Source: Octopus sinensis (lineage: Eukaryota). Taken from it: 64,000 bases of DNA. The stretch is from positions 78,058,001-78,122,000 of the forward strand of contig NC_043006.1 in NCBI RefSeq assembly GCF_006345805.1, in the 5' to 3' direction. Shown here piece by piece: positions 1 through 13,361 of the stretch. Position numbers and translations under genes: made by a program. Under the pieces are notes generated by a model. It saw only the letters and a list, made by a program, of their open reading frames with translations, was not told where the DNA came from and made no database searches. Every line of letters starts with the position of its first letter. Positions within the stretch are counted from its first letter, which is position 1.

Positions 1-395
1 AAGCAAAAGAGTTTATGAAAAGTGGTACAGTCGCGAATTGCAGACATAGCACAAAATTTTGTAGAGAAGGCGCCAATCATTGTTCAACAAGTTTCCCATG
101 CAGGACAATGCGGATCCACACCTAAGTCATTCAGAAAAATACTACGACACGAAATATGGAAAGTTTGTCTCATCCTCTTTGCTTTCCTGGCCTCGATCCA
201 TCTGATTATCATCTTTTCAGATCATTGCAACATTAGTTAAAATGAAAAATCAGTTTATTGATTGCGGTGGGGTTAAAAACGATATCACGCGTCTTCTTTA
301 CCCTGAAACCTAGAGAATTTTACGCCCGGGGAATCAACAAACAGCCAAATAGATGGGGTTCTGCAATGAATAATGGCGGGAAATATTATCTTCAT
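1..395 (+). pseudogene. mariner transposase C-terminal remnant
   Basis: Frame-shifted translation gives QDNADPH, SHPLCFPGLDPSDYHLFRSLQH and [21 protein letters not shown]...NNGGKYY, matching mariner HDNARPH / YSPDLAPSDYHLF and C-terminal motifs; internal stops. Confidence 0.85.
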
Positions 396-529
396 CAATT
401 ACATCAATTAAGATGAATGACGCATTTGTTTCTTTTTCCCCCATATTGAAATACGACAGGACATTCTTTCTCTTAGGTTTGTATATATATATATATATGA
501 ATGTATATATATAAATATATATGTATATA

Positions 530-571
<42 letters not shown>

Positions 572-1000
572 ATATATATGTATGTATGTATGTATATATA
601 CATACACATATATATTTTTATACATATATGTATATATGTATACGTAGATGTATCTTTGAATACATAAAAACACGCATATTTTCACACTCACATAATTACA
701 TAAATACAGGAGAGACTCATTAATTGTATCCCCGAAAAAATGTATAATGTTAAAACAGTGTATCATTGAAGCCATTCATTATAGCATGCCCCGAGGTGGT
801 CATTGATAAATAATCCTTTATTCTTTCCATTTTATCAAAAGTGCTCTTCCACGTATGTAAACAGTACACCGATATGTAACACTTTGGGTCTTTGTATAAA
901 ATTTGAAAGTGATACAAACAGGAAGCTTATCCTTAGGATGCTGAATAGGCGACATTTATGAGGGAGGTTCAAATATTCACTATTCTGAAGGGTTGGTTCA

Positions 1001-1210
1001 TTCTTTTCCTTGTTTCAGTCATTTGATTGTGGCCATGCTGGATCACCGGCTTTAGTCAAATAAATCGACCCCAAGACATATTCTTTGTAAGCCCAGTACG
1101 TATTCTATCGGGCTTTTTTGCCGAACCGCTAAGTTACGGGGACTTAAATACACCAGCATCATTCAAGCGATGTTAGGGAGATAGACACAGACACACAAAT
1201 ACGCACGCAC

Positions 1211-1246
<36 letters not shown>

Positions 1247-1423
1247 ACACACATATATATGACGGGCTTCGTTCAGTTTCCGTCTAACAAATCAACTCAC
1301 AAGGCTTTGGTCGGCCCGAGGCTATAGTAGAAGACACTTGCCCAAGGTGCTATGCAAGGGGACTGAACGCGAAACCATGTGGTTGGTAAGCGAGCTACTT
1401 GCAACACAGCCACTCCTGCGCCT
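1001..1423 (-). mobile_element. tRNA-derived SINE, family A (internal CA/TA microsatellite, AAAAGAGT-type tail)
   Basis: tRNA-like head GGCGCAGGAGTGGCTGTG... on minus strand; tail CCAGCATGGCC.CAATCAAATGACTGAAACAAG; more than 10 homologous copies in window; part of head duplicated at 1424-1477. Confidence 0.9.
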
Positions 1424-2144
1424 AAACCCGGAACCATGTGGTTTGTAAGCAAGCTACTTACCACACAGTTATTCCTGGTGCATACTTTATACGTAAGTAG
1501 GATGTAGTGCAAGAAGCATTCCTTGATATTTGCAAATACTACGCCTTTCCCTTATGGAAAGAATTTATTTGTCTTTCTAAGTTGGTGTAAATGAACTAAG
1601 GAGTGTTTCTGACGGTTCTCTTTTTAGGGACAATGTTTATCCCATAGGGAATGTCAAGATCACGTACTGGTTACGCCTGTTACTAGACATGAAGGTAGAA
1701 GAAAGTAAATGTGTGAGATACAAAGAAAGCGGTGGTAATATTTTATTGACAGAAAATATCAGTGAGATCTAAGAAATTTTAAACGCAAGAGATGTAGGAT
1801 TGATGGAGCCCCCAGACAACCAACTCATGTCAAAGGTTCAGCATTTTCCCTGGGTCCATCGCAATGACTTTCATTTTGTTGAGGTTCCCAATGAGAAGGG
1901 GAAACGGTTAAGATAATACAAATGGATTAGAAACATTTTCTTTTCCATAGATGTGTAATTTACCCGGAGGTAATGAGAATAAAACTAAATCAATTACAAT
2001 ATGTAAGCAAAACTGTTAAGAAGTAATTGAAGAAAGTCCAATAAAATATTTGGTTCTGTGGACAAAAGTCATTAGCTGTTATTGTTGTTTTTTAATCCTA
2101 AGTCGGGATAATTCCGGCCTTGCCAATCCTGTTTTATCTATTTT

Positions 2145-2372
2145 TGTTCTTTTATTCTTTTATTCTTTTAATTGTTTCAGTCATTTGACTGCGGCCATGC
2201 TGGACTACCGCCTGTAGTCGAGCAAATCGACCCCAGGACTCATTCTTTGTAAGCCTAGTATTATTCTATCGGTCTATCTTGCCGAACTGCTAAGTTACGG
2301 GGACGTAAACACACCAGCATCGGTTGTCGAACGATGTTGGGGGGACAATCACAGACACACAAACATATTCAT

Positions 2373-2407
<35 letters not shown>

Positions 2408-2570
2408 CACACGACGGACTTCTTTCAGTTTCCGTCTACCAAATCCACTCACAAGGCTTTGGTCGACCCGAGGCTATAGTAGAAGACACTTGCCCAAGGT
2501 GCCACGCAGTTGGACTGAACCCGGAACCATGTGGTTGGTAAGCAAGCTACTTACCACACAGCCACTCCTG
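2145..2570 (-). mobile_element. SINE family A
   Basis: Full-length match to other copies. Confidence 0.9.
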
Positions 2571-3261
2571 ATACATCTAGTTGTATGTTATCAAATATGC
2601 CTTTTCCTGCTTTGTGTGGTTTGAGTAATATTTGGCTGCTTTTGCTAGCAGCAAGAAATCAAATTTAGGGTCCCTTGCTCATGGTGCGCACGTGTGTATG
2701 TGCGAGGTAGTATACAAGGTGATATAGAAGGGCAAGGAGTTTGTGAATATGCCTACGCAGAAAAGTAAGTAACATAAACATCATATGCACCGAATTTCTT
2801 TGAGGAGGAGCAGATTGCTGAAAGATTAATGGATAACCTCTTGAATTAAGAGATCCGACACCAATATCATGGGCGTTACGGCTTTTGAAATTGTGCGATT
2901 GAAAATGCCGACGTTTCAAGGTGTGAAAGAAATTAAGTGTTTAGAGAATAAGATATATATATTGTAAGTGATATATACTGGTAGGTGCTGATACTAAATA
3001 ATGAAAACAGTTTAAGATAAAGCAGATATTTTTATTATATCACACTGGTAATTACGTATGTATGTATGTATGTATGGATGGATGGATGGATAGATGGATG
3101 GATGGATGGATGGATGGATGGATGGATACTAAGTTGCAATCATCAGTTCCAGAGATCGAATCTACTGCGTGACGTCGTGAATTGTTATTATTTTATTATC
3201 TTTTTTTTTGTATAGCCTCTCGCCTCCGTTCAACCCAAATCTTGTGAACAAAATTGGTTGA

Positions 3262-3570
3262 GTGGAGGCACATGGCCTAGTGGTTAGAGCAGCGGACTCG
3301 CGGTCGAGGGATCGCGGGTTCGAATCTCAAACCGGGCGATGTATGTGCTTATGAGCGAGACACCTAAGCTCCACGCGGTTCTGGCAGAAGGTAATGGCGA
3401 ACCTCTGCTGACTCTTTCGCCACAACTTTCTCTCAACTTTTCCTCCTGCATCTTGCAGCTCACCTGCGACAGACCGGCGTCCCGTCTAGGTGGGGAACCT
3501 ATACGCAAAGGAAACCAGGAAAACGGCCCTTATGAGCCAGGCATGGCTCGGGAAGGAACAAACAACGAAA
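3262..3570 (+). mobile_element. tRNA-derived SINE with V-domain-like core (family B)
   Basis: A box TGGCCTAGTGG, B box GGTTCGAATC, central CCTGCGACAGACCGGCGTCCCGTCTAGG, AAC-rich tail. Confidence 0.8.
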
Positions 3571-3807
3571 TTGGCTAAGCAGAAGCTGTACAGAAACTTG
3601 TCTGTGAACTGTACGTGTAGTTCTAATGTCAAATGGTGATACAAAATACACGCTGATTTGGCGTTCAGTGTACACGTACCTGAAATATACTTAGCAGCCG
3701 ACTACACTTTAATTTGAAGAATCGAATGCTCAGGTGATCAAGTAATGTTTATCGTCGAAACTAACATAAGAGCTATTATGCACATATGTTTGAATTTATG
3801 TGTATGA

Positions 3808-4400
3808 ATGTATGTATGTATGTATGTATGTATGTATGTAGGTATGTATGTATGTATGTATGTATGTATGTATGTATGTATGTACGTATGTATGTATGTA
3901 CGTATATATGTATGTATGTACGTATGTATGTATGTATGTATGTATGTATGTATGTATGTATGTATATATACATGTATGTATGTATGTACGTATGTATGTA
4001 TGTATGTATGTATGTATGTATGTATGTATGTATGTACGTATGTATATATGTATGTATGTATGTACGTACGTACGTATGTATGTGTGTATGTATGTATGTA
4101 TATATGTATGCATGTATATATACATGTATGTATGTATGTACGTATGTATGTATGTATGTATGTATGTATGTATGTATGTATGTATGTATGTATGTATGTA
4201 CGTATGTATATATGTATGTATGTATGTACGTACGTACGTATGTATGTGTGTATGTATGTATGTATGTATATATGTATGCATGTTTGAATGTATGTATGTA
4301 GAATGGAAATAGGTAGGTAGGTAGGTATGTATGTAGGTAGGTAGGTAGGTAGGTAGGGAGGTAGGTAGGTAGGGAGGTAGGCAGGGAGGGAGGGAGGGAG
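3808..4400. repeat. (TATG)n compound microsatellite grading into (TAGG)/(GAGG)n
   Basis: Directly visible. Confidence 0.97.
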
Positions 4401-4904
4401 GGAGGGGGAGGCAGGGAGACACACGCCTAGCTAGGTAGACGGTAGATCGGACTGTAGGTATGTGGGCAGGTATGCTCATGGCTTTGTCTTCAATTTATTC
4501 TCTGATACAATAAACATCCTGTTTCGGGCGCGTAAACAATGTTCTTTCACTAGAATATACACAATATCCTCTAGGCTGACACGTCTGACTAGTTTCACAT
4601 CTGCACATCTGCACATCTGCACACGTAAATGTGTGTGTGTGTGTACTTCTGATGTCACTACAAAAGCTAAATAAATAACAGCGTAAACTTATTATCTCTA
4701 GATACAAACTGAGAATGAGGATTGTCTCGAAGAGAAGCATTGCTTATTTCCACACCTATCCAAAACGAAATTGCTATGTAAAGAAAAACGAAAAGCAGAT
4801 ACAGACTTTTTGAAGTGTATGTTAACACATTAACAGTAGTTAACGCTTGTATGATATAACTAAAAACAGCCACAATGTTTTTCGTATTTTCAGAAGTGCA
4901 TATA

Positions 4905-5236
4905 CTCTTTTACTCTTTTATTTGTTTCAGTCATGCGACTGTGGCCATGCTGGAGCACAGCCTTTCGTCGAGAAATCTTTGGAAGCCTAGTACTTATTCT
5001 ATCAGTCTGTTTTTCCGAACCGCTAAGATACGGGGATGTAAACACACAAATATATATATATATACATATATACGACCGGCTTCTTTCAGTTTCCGTCTAC
5101 CAAATCCACTCACGAGGCTTTGGTCGACCCGAGGTTATAGTAGAATACACTTGCCCAAGGTGCCACGCAGTGGAACTAAACCCGGAACCATGTGGTTAGT
5201 AAGCAAGCTACATCCCACACAGCCACTCCTACGCCT
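4905..5236 (-). mobile_element. SINE family A (internally deleted)
   Basis: Head and tail match family A. Confidence 0.88.
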
Positions 5237-5774
5237 ATATATATATATATATATGCTAATATATATACATATGTGTGTGTGTGTATGTATGTATGTATGT
5301 AGGTATGTATGTATGTATGTATGTATGTATGTATGTATGTATGTATGTATAGGTCATCGCATCTGTTCTGTTCTTTCTCGCCACCCGCGATCAGATAAGA
5401 TTTTTCCATTTCCTATTTCTTTTCTTGCGCTAGATAGTCGAAAGACTCTGTTTTTGTTTTATTTTATTTACTTATTTTTTGTATAGTCGAAAGGCTTTTG
5501 TCCATTGTATAAGTATAATTCTATTTTTTATGTTACGTTCGTCCGATAGTCGAAAGACACTTTCTGTTTGTTATTTCCTTGTGTTTGTATATGTACATTC
5601 GTTTGCCTTGCTCAGTGGCTTAACGCCTTCAGCTTAAGCCCTCGGCTCAACTGGTTTCGAGTTGTATCGGAGAGGATTGAGCGAAGCTACGTGGACATTC
5701 CAGACTCATACAGAAGAAGCAATTGGCTGCGAATGATCCGTATCTTGTTTGCCGTTGTTGTGTTATCGTCCTTT

Positions 5775-5874
5775 NNNNNNNNNNNNNNNNNNNNNNNNNN
5801 NNNNNNNNNNNNNNNNNNNNNNNNNNNNNNNNNNNNNNNNNNNNNNNNNNNNNNNNNNNNNNNNNNNNNNNNNN
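5775..5874. other. assembly gap (100 N) flanked by ~1 kb direct duplication (4765-5774 vs 5875-6872)
   Basis: Sequence after the gap restarts at the equivalent of 4765; copies differ mostly by small indels. Confidence 0.95.
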
Positions 5875-6010
5875 ACGAAATTGCTATGTAAAGAAAAACA
5901 AAAGCAGATACAGACTTTTTGAAGTGTATGTTAACACATTACAGTAGTTAACGCTTGTATGATATAACTAAAAACAGCCACAATGTTTTTCGTATTTTCA
6001 GAAGTGCATA

Positions 6011-6342
6011 TACTCTTTTACTCTTTTATTTGTTTCAGTCATGCGACTGTGGCCATGCTGGAGCACAGCCTTCGTCGAGAAATCTTTGGAAGCCTAGTAC
6101 TTATTCTATCAGTCTGTTTTCCGAACCGCTAAGATACGGGGATGTAAACACACAAATATATATATATATACAATATACGACCGGCTTCTTTCAGTTTCCG
6201 TCTACCAAATCCACTCACGAGGCTTTGGTCGACCCGAGGTTTATAGTAGAATACACTTGCCCAAGGTGCCACGCAGTGGAACTAAACCCGGAACCATGTG
6301 GTTAGTAAGCAAGCTACATCCCACACAGCCACTCCTACGCCT
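6011..6342 (-). mobile_element. SINE family A (duplicate of 4905-5236)
   Basis: Near-identical to 4905-5236. Confidence 0.85.
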
Positions 6343-6891
6343 ATATATATATATATATATGCTAATATATATACATATGTGTGTGTGTGTATGTATGTAT
6401 GTATGTATGTATTGTATGTATGTATGTATGTATGTATGTATGTATGTATGTATGTATAGGTCAGTCGCATCTGTTCTGTTCTTTCTCGCCACCCGATCAG
6501 ATAAGATTTTTCCATTTCCTATTTCTTGCGCTAGGATAGTCGAAAGACTCTGTTTTGTTTTATTTTATTTACTTATTTTTTGTATAGTCGAAAGGCTTTT
6601 GTCCATTGTATAAGTATAATTCTATTTTTTATGTTACGTTCGTCCGATAGTCGAAAGACACTTTCTGTTTGTTATTTCCTTGTGTTTGTATATGTACATT
6701 CGTTTGCCTTGCTCAGTGGCTAACGCCTTCAGCTTAAGCCCCGGCCTCAACTGGTTTCGAGTTGTATCGGAGAGGATTGAGCGAAGCTACGTGACATTCC
6801 AGACTCATACAGAAGAAGCAATTGGCTGCGAATGATCCGTATCTTGTTTGCCGTTGTTGTGTTATCGTCCTTTCCTGCTGGTATATACAAC

Positions 6892-6976
<85 letters not shown>

Positions 6977-7183
6977 CATATATATATACATATATATATA
7001 CATATATATCAATTAGAGAAAAATCACCGTGTAGTAATTCAACAATCATATAATTAAATCATACCATATAGAACATTATTAAATATACTATAAAACATGT
7101 ACATATAACTAAATAATTATATGATTATATACTATTTATTATTTTGTACATTATTTAGTTATATGTAAATGTTTTATCATATA

Positions 7184-7542
7184 CTAGCAGTATCGCCGGC
7201 GTTGCTCGGGTTTGTAAGGGAAATAACTATATAAGCATTTTTAGAGATGTAAAGTATAATAGCCATCTCAATATGGCTAACCACAAAAGGGGGGTGTTAA
7301 TGTAGCTTTTTACGTTCTGAGATTTAATAATAAATTTTTAGAGAGTTACTTCCCTTATATATGCCAAAAATGCATTAAAAATGGGAAAAATTGATGGTAA
7401 TTTTTTTTTTTTAATCGTAGACTCATCGTAGACGCGCGCTAATACCCGGTTTTGGTTAAACTGCACCGCAAAATGTGGGAGTAGTTAGGAAACTAAATCG
7501 TAGGAGACAGACAGCACACAACCTCTCTTTTATATATAAAAA
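7184..7542 (-). mobile_element. non-autonomous Helitron
   Basis: Minus strand starts ..TTTATATATAAAAG and ends CCCGAGCAACGCCGG (hairpin) CGATACTG-CTAG|T; no TIR or TSD. Confidence 0.75.
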
Positions 7543-7711
7543 TTTAATTATTTTCTATATGGTATGATTTAATTATATCATTGTTGAACTGCTATATGAC
7601 TGTTCTTTAATTTATATACTATATATATATTGTGAAATTTTATTTTTAGTTTTACTAAATGATTTCCCTGTAAGTTTGAATCCTATTCCCTAATATTATC
7701 TATATATATAG

Positions 7712-7744
<33 letters not shown>

Positions 7745-7762
7745 TATATTATATATATATAT

Positions 7763-7803
<41 letters not shown>

Positions 7804-8439
7804 AAAAGAGAGAGAGAGAGAGAGAGCAGAGGCAGACAGACAGGTGACATCCAGAAGTTCTCTATATAGAAAACACTTAGCAGTGGTCAAATAATTTGAA
7901 CACGCACTCCGAAACCTTTACCGAGGATCAAGTCCGCAAGGTAAAGAGTGGCTATAAGAGGATTCATTGTGTGCAGACATAGAGAGTATGATGCAAATAC
8001 ACAATAAAACTGCATGGGTTTAATATGCTAGGTATATGTAAATGTATACTTGTAAATAGAGAGATAGCATAAAATGAAAATTTTTCAAAATGATAAATAT
8101 TCTAGTACAAATATATATATATATAACGGGAAGCTTTATGAAATAAACAAAAGACGAAGGCAGGTGGAAAACAAACGAACAATTGTATTAGTATGGCGCT
8201 CAGGAAATAAAATAAAACAAGTCTTTACGTTTTCGAGCCTACGCCTCTTCAACAGAAAGATACACAGAGAGAGAAAAAACACAGAAAGATGAGGAAAAAA
8301 AAGCGTGCAGTAGCTAACGAATCAACATGGCGATCTGATTTCGGCCAGAGTCAAAGATCAAACATGAGAGCGAGAGCGAAATAAGGGGAGATAATAGGGT
8401 TGATAAACGGGTTGAGGGACCAGCTAAAGTGCGTGGGAG

Positions 8440-8755
8440 GGGTCTGGATGTGTTGTATGTATAGGGTTGGTGTATGTATTAGTATGTATAAGGGTGTGTG
8501 TGTGTGTGTGTGTGTGTATGAGAGAGTATTAGTGCGTAGGATGGTCTGGACGTGCGTATGTATGGGGTTGGTGTATGTATTAGTATGTATTAGTACGTAT
8601 TGGTATGTATAGGTGTGTGTATGTGTGAGAGAGTATAAGTGCGTATGCGGGGTCTGGACGTGTGTATGTATAGGGTTGGTGTAATGTAAGTATTAGTATG
8701 TACTAGTATGTATTAGTACGTATTAGTATGTATTAGTTGGGTGTGTATTAGTATG
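8440..8755. repeat. degenerate ~105-bp minisatellite (about 3 units) built from GT-rich and TATTAGTATG sub-repeats
   Basis: GGTCTGGA..TG..TATGTAT.GGGTTGGTGTA recurs near 8441, 8544, 8651. Confidence 0.7.
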
Positions 8756-9039
8756 GCACATCATATGTGTGATGTGATGTGTAAAGTCAGTGGTGGTGTA
8801 GTGAGGAGAAGAGGGGAGGGGAGAAGAGGGGGAGAGAGAGAAGGGGAGGGGAAGAAGAGGAGGAGAGAGAAGGGGGAAGAGGAGAGGTATGGGAGAAGGA
8901 AGGGAGAGAGGGAGCAGAGGGAAGGGGAAGAGGGAGGGAGAAAGAGGGAAGAAGGGAAGGGGAGTAGGGGTGAAAGGATGAAGGACTGAAGAAGTAGGGG
9001 TCGGGGGGAGAAAGGATAGGTGAGGAGGGGGGGGAGGTA

Positions 9040-9083
<44 letters not shown>

Positions 9084-9289
9084 GAGCAAACTTACACAGA
9101 GTTGAACGTACTCGGACAATCAAAGGGGAGAATGTATGGTGTTACAGGGGGAAGATATGATGTTATATGAAGGTATGGTTGTAACACCATACCTTCTCCT
9201 ATTTAATTTTCTGTGTCTTTTGTAGTCTCTGTAAGTTTGCTCTTTTAATATATAAAAGTTAAAAACCGCTAACACAACAGGTAAAATGC

Positions 9290-9513
9290 TTACTCTTTTT
9301 ACTCTTTTACTTGTTTCAGTCATTTTTACTGTGACCATGCTGGAGCACCGCATTTTGTCGTGCAAATCGACCCCAGGACTTTGTAAGTCTAGTACTTAGT
9401 AAGCCTAGTACTTATTTTATCGGTCCTTTTAGCCGAACCGCTAAGTTACGAGGACGTAAACACACCAGCATCGGTTGTCAAGCGATGATAGGGGGACAAA
9501 CACAGACGCACAA

Positions 9514-9587
<74 letters not shown>

Positions 9588-9750
9588 GACGGGCTTCTTT
9601 CAGTTTCCGTCTACCAAATCCACTCACAAGGTTTTGGTCGGCCCGAGGCTATAGTACAAGACAATTGCCCAAGGTGCCACGCAGTGGGACTGAACCCAGA
9701 ACCATGTGTTTCGTAACCAAGCTACTTACCACACAGCCATTTCTGCGCCT
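9290..9750 (-). mobile_element. SINE family A
   Basis: Full-length match. Confidence 0.9.
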
Positions 9751-9900
9751 TAGCAGCATTTTGTCCTTACGTTCTGCTTTCAAATACCGTCGAGGTTGAC
9801 TTTGCCTTTCATCCATTTCGGGGTCGATAAAATAAGTAATTGATGTAATTGATTCAACCCCTACCTCGAAATTGCTGACCTTGTGCCAAAATATGAAACC
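9750..9900 (+). mobile_element. CORE-type SINE fragment
   Basis: GAGGTTGACTTTGCCTTTCATCCATTTCGGGGTCGATAAAATAAGTA core. Confidence 0.75.
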
Positions 9901-10064
9901 AATATATAAATATCAATATATTTATACCTCAATATTCATTGTTTGAAAATGTAGTCTTTGCTTTCTCTCTATTTACATGATAACATGTATATGTATTTCG
10001 GCTTATTTGTTTATTTGATTTATTGTCTTTCTCTCCTCCCCTCTCTCTCTCTCTCTCTCTCTCA

Positions 10065-10106
<42 letters not shown>

Positions 10107-10134
10107 TTATATATATATATATATTATATATATA

Positions 10135-10520
10135 CGAGCAAAACGTCCCCGTCCAATGGATGGTGCTGAGTTGTCAAACATTTAAACCAAATTTTCTCAA
10201 AACATCTTGTCCGACCGTCCCATAGACCTCCCCTTTGAGAAACACTGATTTAACCTAAATTTGAGACACCAGCAAAAGAAGAAATAAAGATAGACTTTTT
10301 TTCTATCCAAGTAAAACGATTTTACTAATGCCCGTTCCCACGGCTTTATCGATCGCATTCTCACCTGGAATCGATTTTTGTAATTTTTTCAAGACTTATA
10401 CACGCCCTGATACTGTCGGTATCTACATATCAAATTTGAACGCAATGGGATGGAGGATGCCCGAGATCCTAGAAGATACACACACACACATACACACACA
10501 GAACGGATTTTATATAATAT
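10135..10520 (-). mobile_element. non-autonomous Helitron-like element (copy 1; copy 2 at 62645-63020)
   Basis: ~370 bp homologous to 62645-63020; TATATAAAATCC-type 5' end, CC.TCC-ATT-GGACGG hairpin just before a CTAG-like 3' end. Confidence 0.7.
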
Positions 10521-10528
10521 ATATATAT

Positions 10529-10855
10529 GGGGAAGCACTCTGTCGGTTACGACGGTGAGGGTCCCAGCTGATACGATCAACGGAAAAGCTTGCTCGTGAA
10601 ATTAACGTGCAAGTGGCTGAGCCCTCTACAGACACGTATACCCTTAACGTAGAGCTCAGGAAGATTCAGCGTGAAACAGAATGTGACAAGGATAGCCCTT
10701 TAAAATACGGGTACTGCTCATCTTTGCCAGGTGAGTGGACTAGAGTAACATGAAATAAAGCGCCTAGCTCAAGGAGACAACGCATCGCGAAAATTGAACT
10801 CACTACCTTACAATCGTGAGCTGAATGTCGCAATCATTAAGTCACGCACCTTCAC
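10529..10855 (-). mobile_element. tRNA-derived SINE with RTE-like tail (family D)
   Basis: tRNA-like head at 10800-10855, AGTCCACTCACCTGGCAAAGATGAG core, tail ending ACCGTCGTAACCGACAGAGTGCT. Confidence 0.65.
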
Positions 10856-12723
10856 TTTACGCACACATATAAACACACACACACATACACACACACACAT
10901 AATTTCACTTCTAGATCTCCTTCAACTGAACACGCTGACACCGTTATTATGATCAATATTCAACTCCATGCCCCCAATTTTCATACACACAACTCTTTTA
11001 TAATAAATAATTCATTAACAAAAGTGAAATGATTTCAACACTAAATCAATGCCCCATAATTGACGTGTTTTACTTATGTCGCACTCAACTTCTGCTTATA
11101 GGAGAATCATTAAGTTTGAGTAACTTATCACAGACCAGAAAATTCTAGATTTAAAAAGAAGATTGACAGCTGGTTACTTTTGAACGCCGTATAACAATGC
11201 AATGCCGGGAGAACGATGTGACCTGAAACTGGAAATCGAAACCTGTTACTTGTCTCAGCTCGATAACTTATTATATGTTTCCATCAACGATCCTACCACA
11301 CCTACCACTCTCGAATATTCCAAATACTTAAATACATATATTTCTGGAACTCTTTATACCTTGTTCAAAACTACGTCTCACATTGTTGATCAAGCATGGT
11401 ACAACAACACAGTATTGATCTCTCTTTCACTTTTCTTATATGTGTGGTTGTGTCTGTGTGTATATATTTACGTGTGTGTATATTGCCAATGAACCCACCT
11501 GTTGTATTTCTATTCTCTTCACTTTTTGCCTTCTATTATTTCAGCTTATATGTTACCGCTTTTTTATTTCTTCGTCATTTCAAGAGATATCAGGAATAGG
11601 TCGATGAAGAAGGTGATTGCACCAACCTTCTCTTTCAACTTAGCAATAATCTGCTATAATGTTTGTCTTGTCATTCCCGTTTCCTTTTGTTCGTTATACA
11701 TTTATAGTTAATACGCTTTGTATAGCTGATATTTGTGTAGCATTATTAACAGATGGTGGCTTCCAGCTATATTTTAGGTTACTGAAAAGGTCTTGTTTTT
11801 AATTTATAACTCAGATAATAAATGGTTGCAGACTCTCCGTTTGTAGCGACAATAGATACTCAGTTATTCGTCCTAGTGAATTGGAATTTGCGAAATTAAC
11901 ATCTGAGTGCTTGAACAATTACACGCGTGTACCCTCAATGCAATTTATGAGGCCACATCAGCAGGACACAGTGAGACAGCATTGGAGATTTTATTTGTGG
12001 GTACAATCCAGAGAAAGATAGAAAGCGAAGCACGTGACAGGACTTTTAATAGTAAAGGATTGGTGCTCTAGTTATCAATCCAGACAGCACGAAAGACAAA
12101 GTTGACCTAGTTGGTATTTGGATTCAGCGAGACATGACATGGAGAACGAGTGCCGCAAGCAAATCTGTCCGACGCTCTAACGATTCTGCCAAATTGGTTT
12201 TTACTCAATAAGCTATTTATAATTAACATTAGAATTAAATCGATATGCCATGAGGTTCATATATTATACAAAAGACTTTAGTGGCGTATTTGATAAGAAA
12301 CCAAATAACTTCAACAAACAATCAAAAACCGTTTGCATAGATGAAATGATGCAATTCACAAGACAACAAAGCTCTTAAAAAGTCTTACTTTATGTTATGT
12401 TACCGGATGTTACTTAGATAACAGTTACGTTATTGGTTGTAAAACATTCCAAAAGTAATGTTTAGTTTTAATGTTAATATAATGAAAAAAAAAACATAAA
12501 CACAGTCAGTTAGAAGTAATATCAAAATACAGGATCATGGCTTTTGTTTCAATTGTTTATCTGTCTTTGATATATCTCCAACATTGGCACCGTGCCTAAT
12601 CAAAAAAAAAAAAACAATATTAAAATATCTACATTATTTACATTCGAAGGATATTTGTCCTCATCTCGATTGTTGTTAACGTCCAGGAATTGCGTAGTAG
12701 TTAAGAGCGCGGGCTGTGACCTG

Positions 12724-13010
12724 AAAAAGAAGAAGAAGAAGAAGAAGAAGAAGAAGAAGAAGAAGAAGAAGAAGAAGAAGAAGAAGAAGAAAGAAGAAGA
12801 AGAAGAAGAGAAGAAGAGAAGAAGAAGAAAGAAGAAGAAGAAGAACGAGAAGAAGAAGAAGAAGAAGAACGAAGAAGAAGAAGAAGAAGAAGAAGAAGAA
12901 GAAGAAGAACGAGAAGAAGAAGAAGAAGAAGAAGAAGAAGAAGAAGGAGAATGAGGAGTAGGAGGAGGAGAATGAGGAGTAGGAGGAGGAGAATGAGGAG
13001 TAGGAGGAGG
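12724..13010. repeat. (GAA)n microsatellite plus (AGGAGAATGAGGAGT)-type repeat
   Basis: Directly visible; explains poly-K/E/F/S ORFs. Confidence 0.95.
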
Positions 13011-13019
13011 AGGTTCCAT

Positions 13020-13288
13020 TCAACATCCTCAAACAACCCTTATTCAGAGACCTTTTAAGCGGGATGGGTTACTCGATAAGAAGAAAATTCTAACTGGGCC
13101 CCACCTGCAAGGTCATGTGCGGTTTATCTCAATATGAGATCACCATGTCGCGCACATATGGTTGTGATGTATGTGCCTGGTACACCCTTATCAGACGGGT
13201 AGTCACGCTGGGTATACTGGGCTTCGTATATTTTACCCCAGTGTCACTTTGATGGCATACACTTCTCTCTCACTCAATAATAATAATG

Positions 13289-13360
<72 letters not shown>
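13020..13360 (+). mobile_element. retroelement 3' end terminating in (TAA)n
   Basis: Non-coding GC-richer block ending CTCTCTCACTC-(AAT)n; family not assigned. Confidence 0.45.
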
Positions 13361-13361
13361 T

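Noticed and set aside
2885-2925. GAAACGTC half-hammerhead on minus strand (also GAAATCAGATC at ~8330-8345)
   Set aside because: No CUGANGA core upstream
3262-3340. tRNA gene (also 45629-45700, 50009-50080)
   Set aside because: tRNA-like heads continue into SINE bodies with tails and TSD; acceptor stem incomplete
4765-6872. ~1 kb direct duplication as a biological segmental duplication
   Set aside because: Copies abut a 100-N gap and differ by small indels: typical contig overlap artefact
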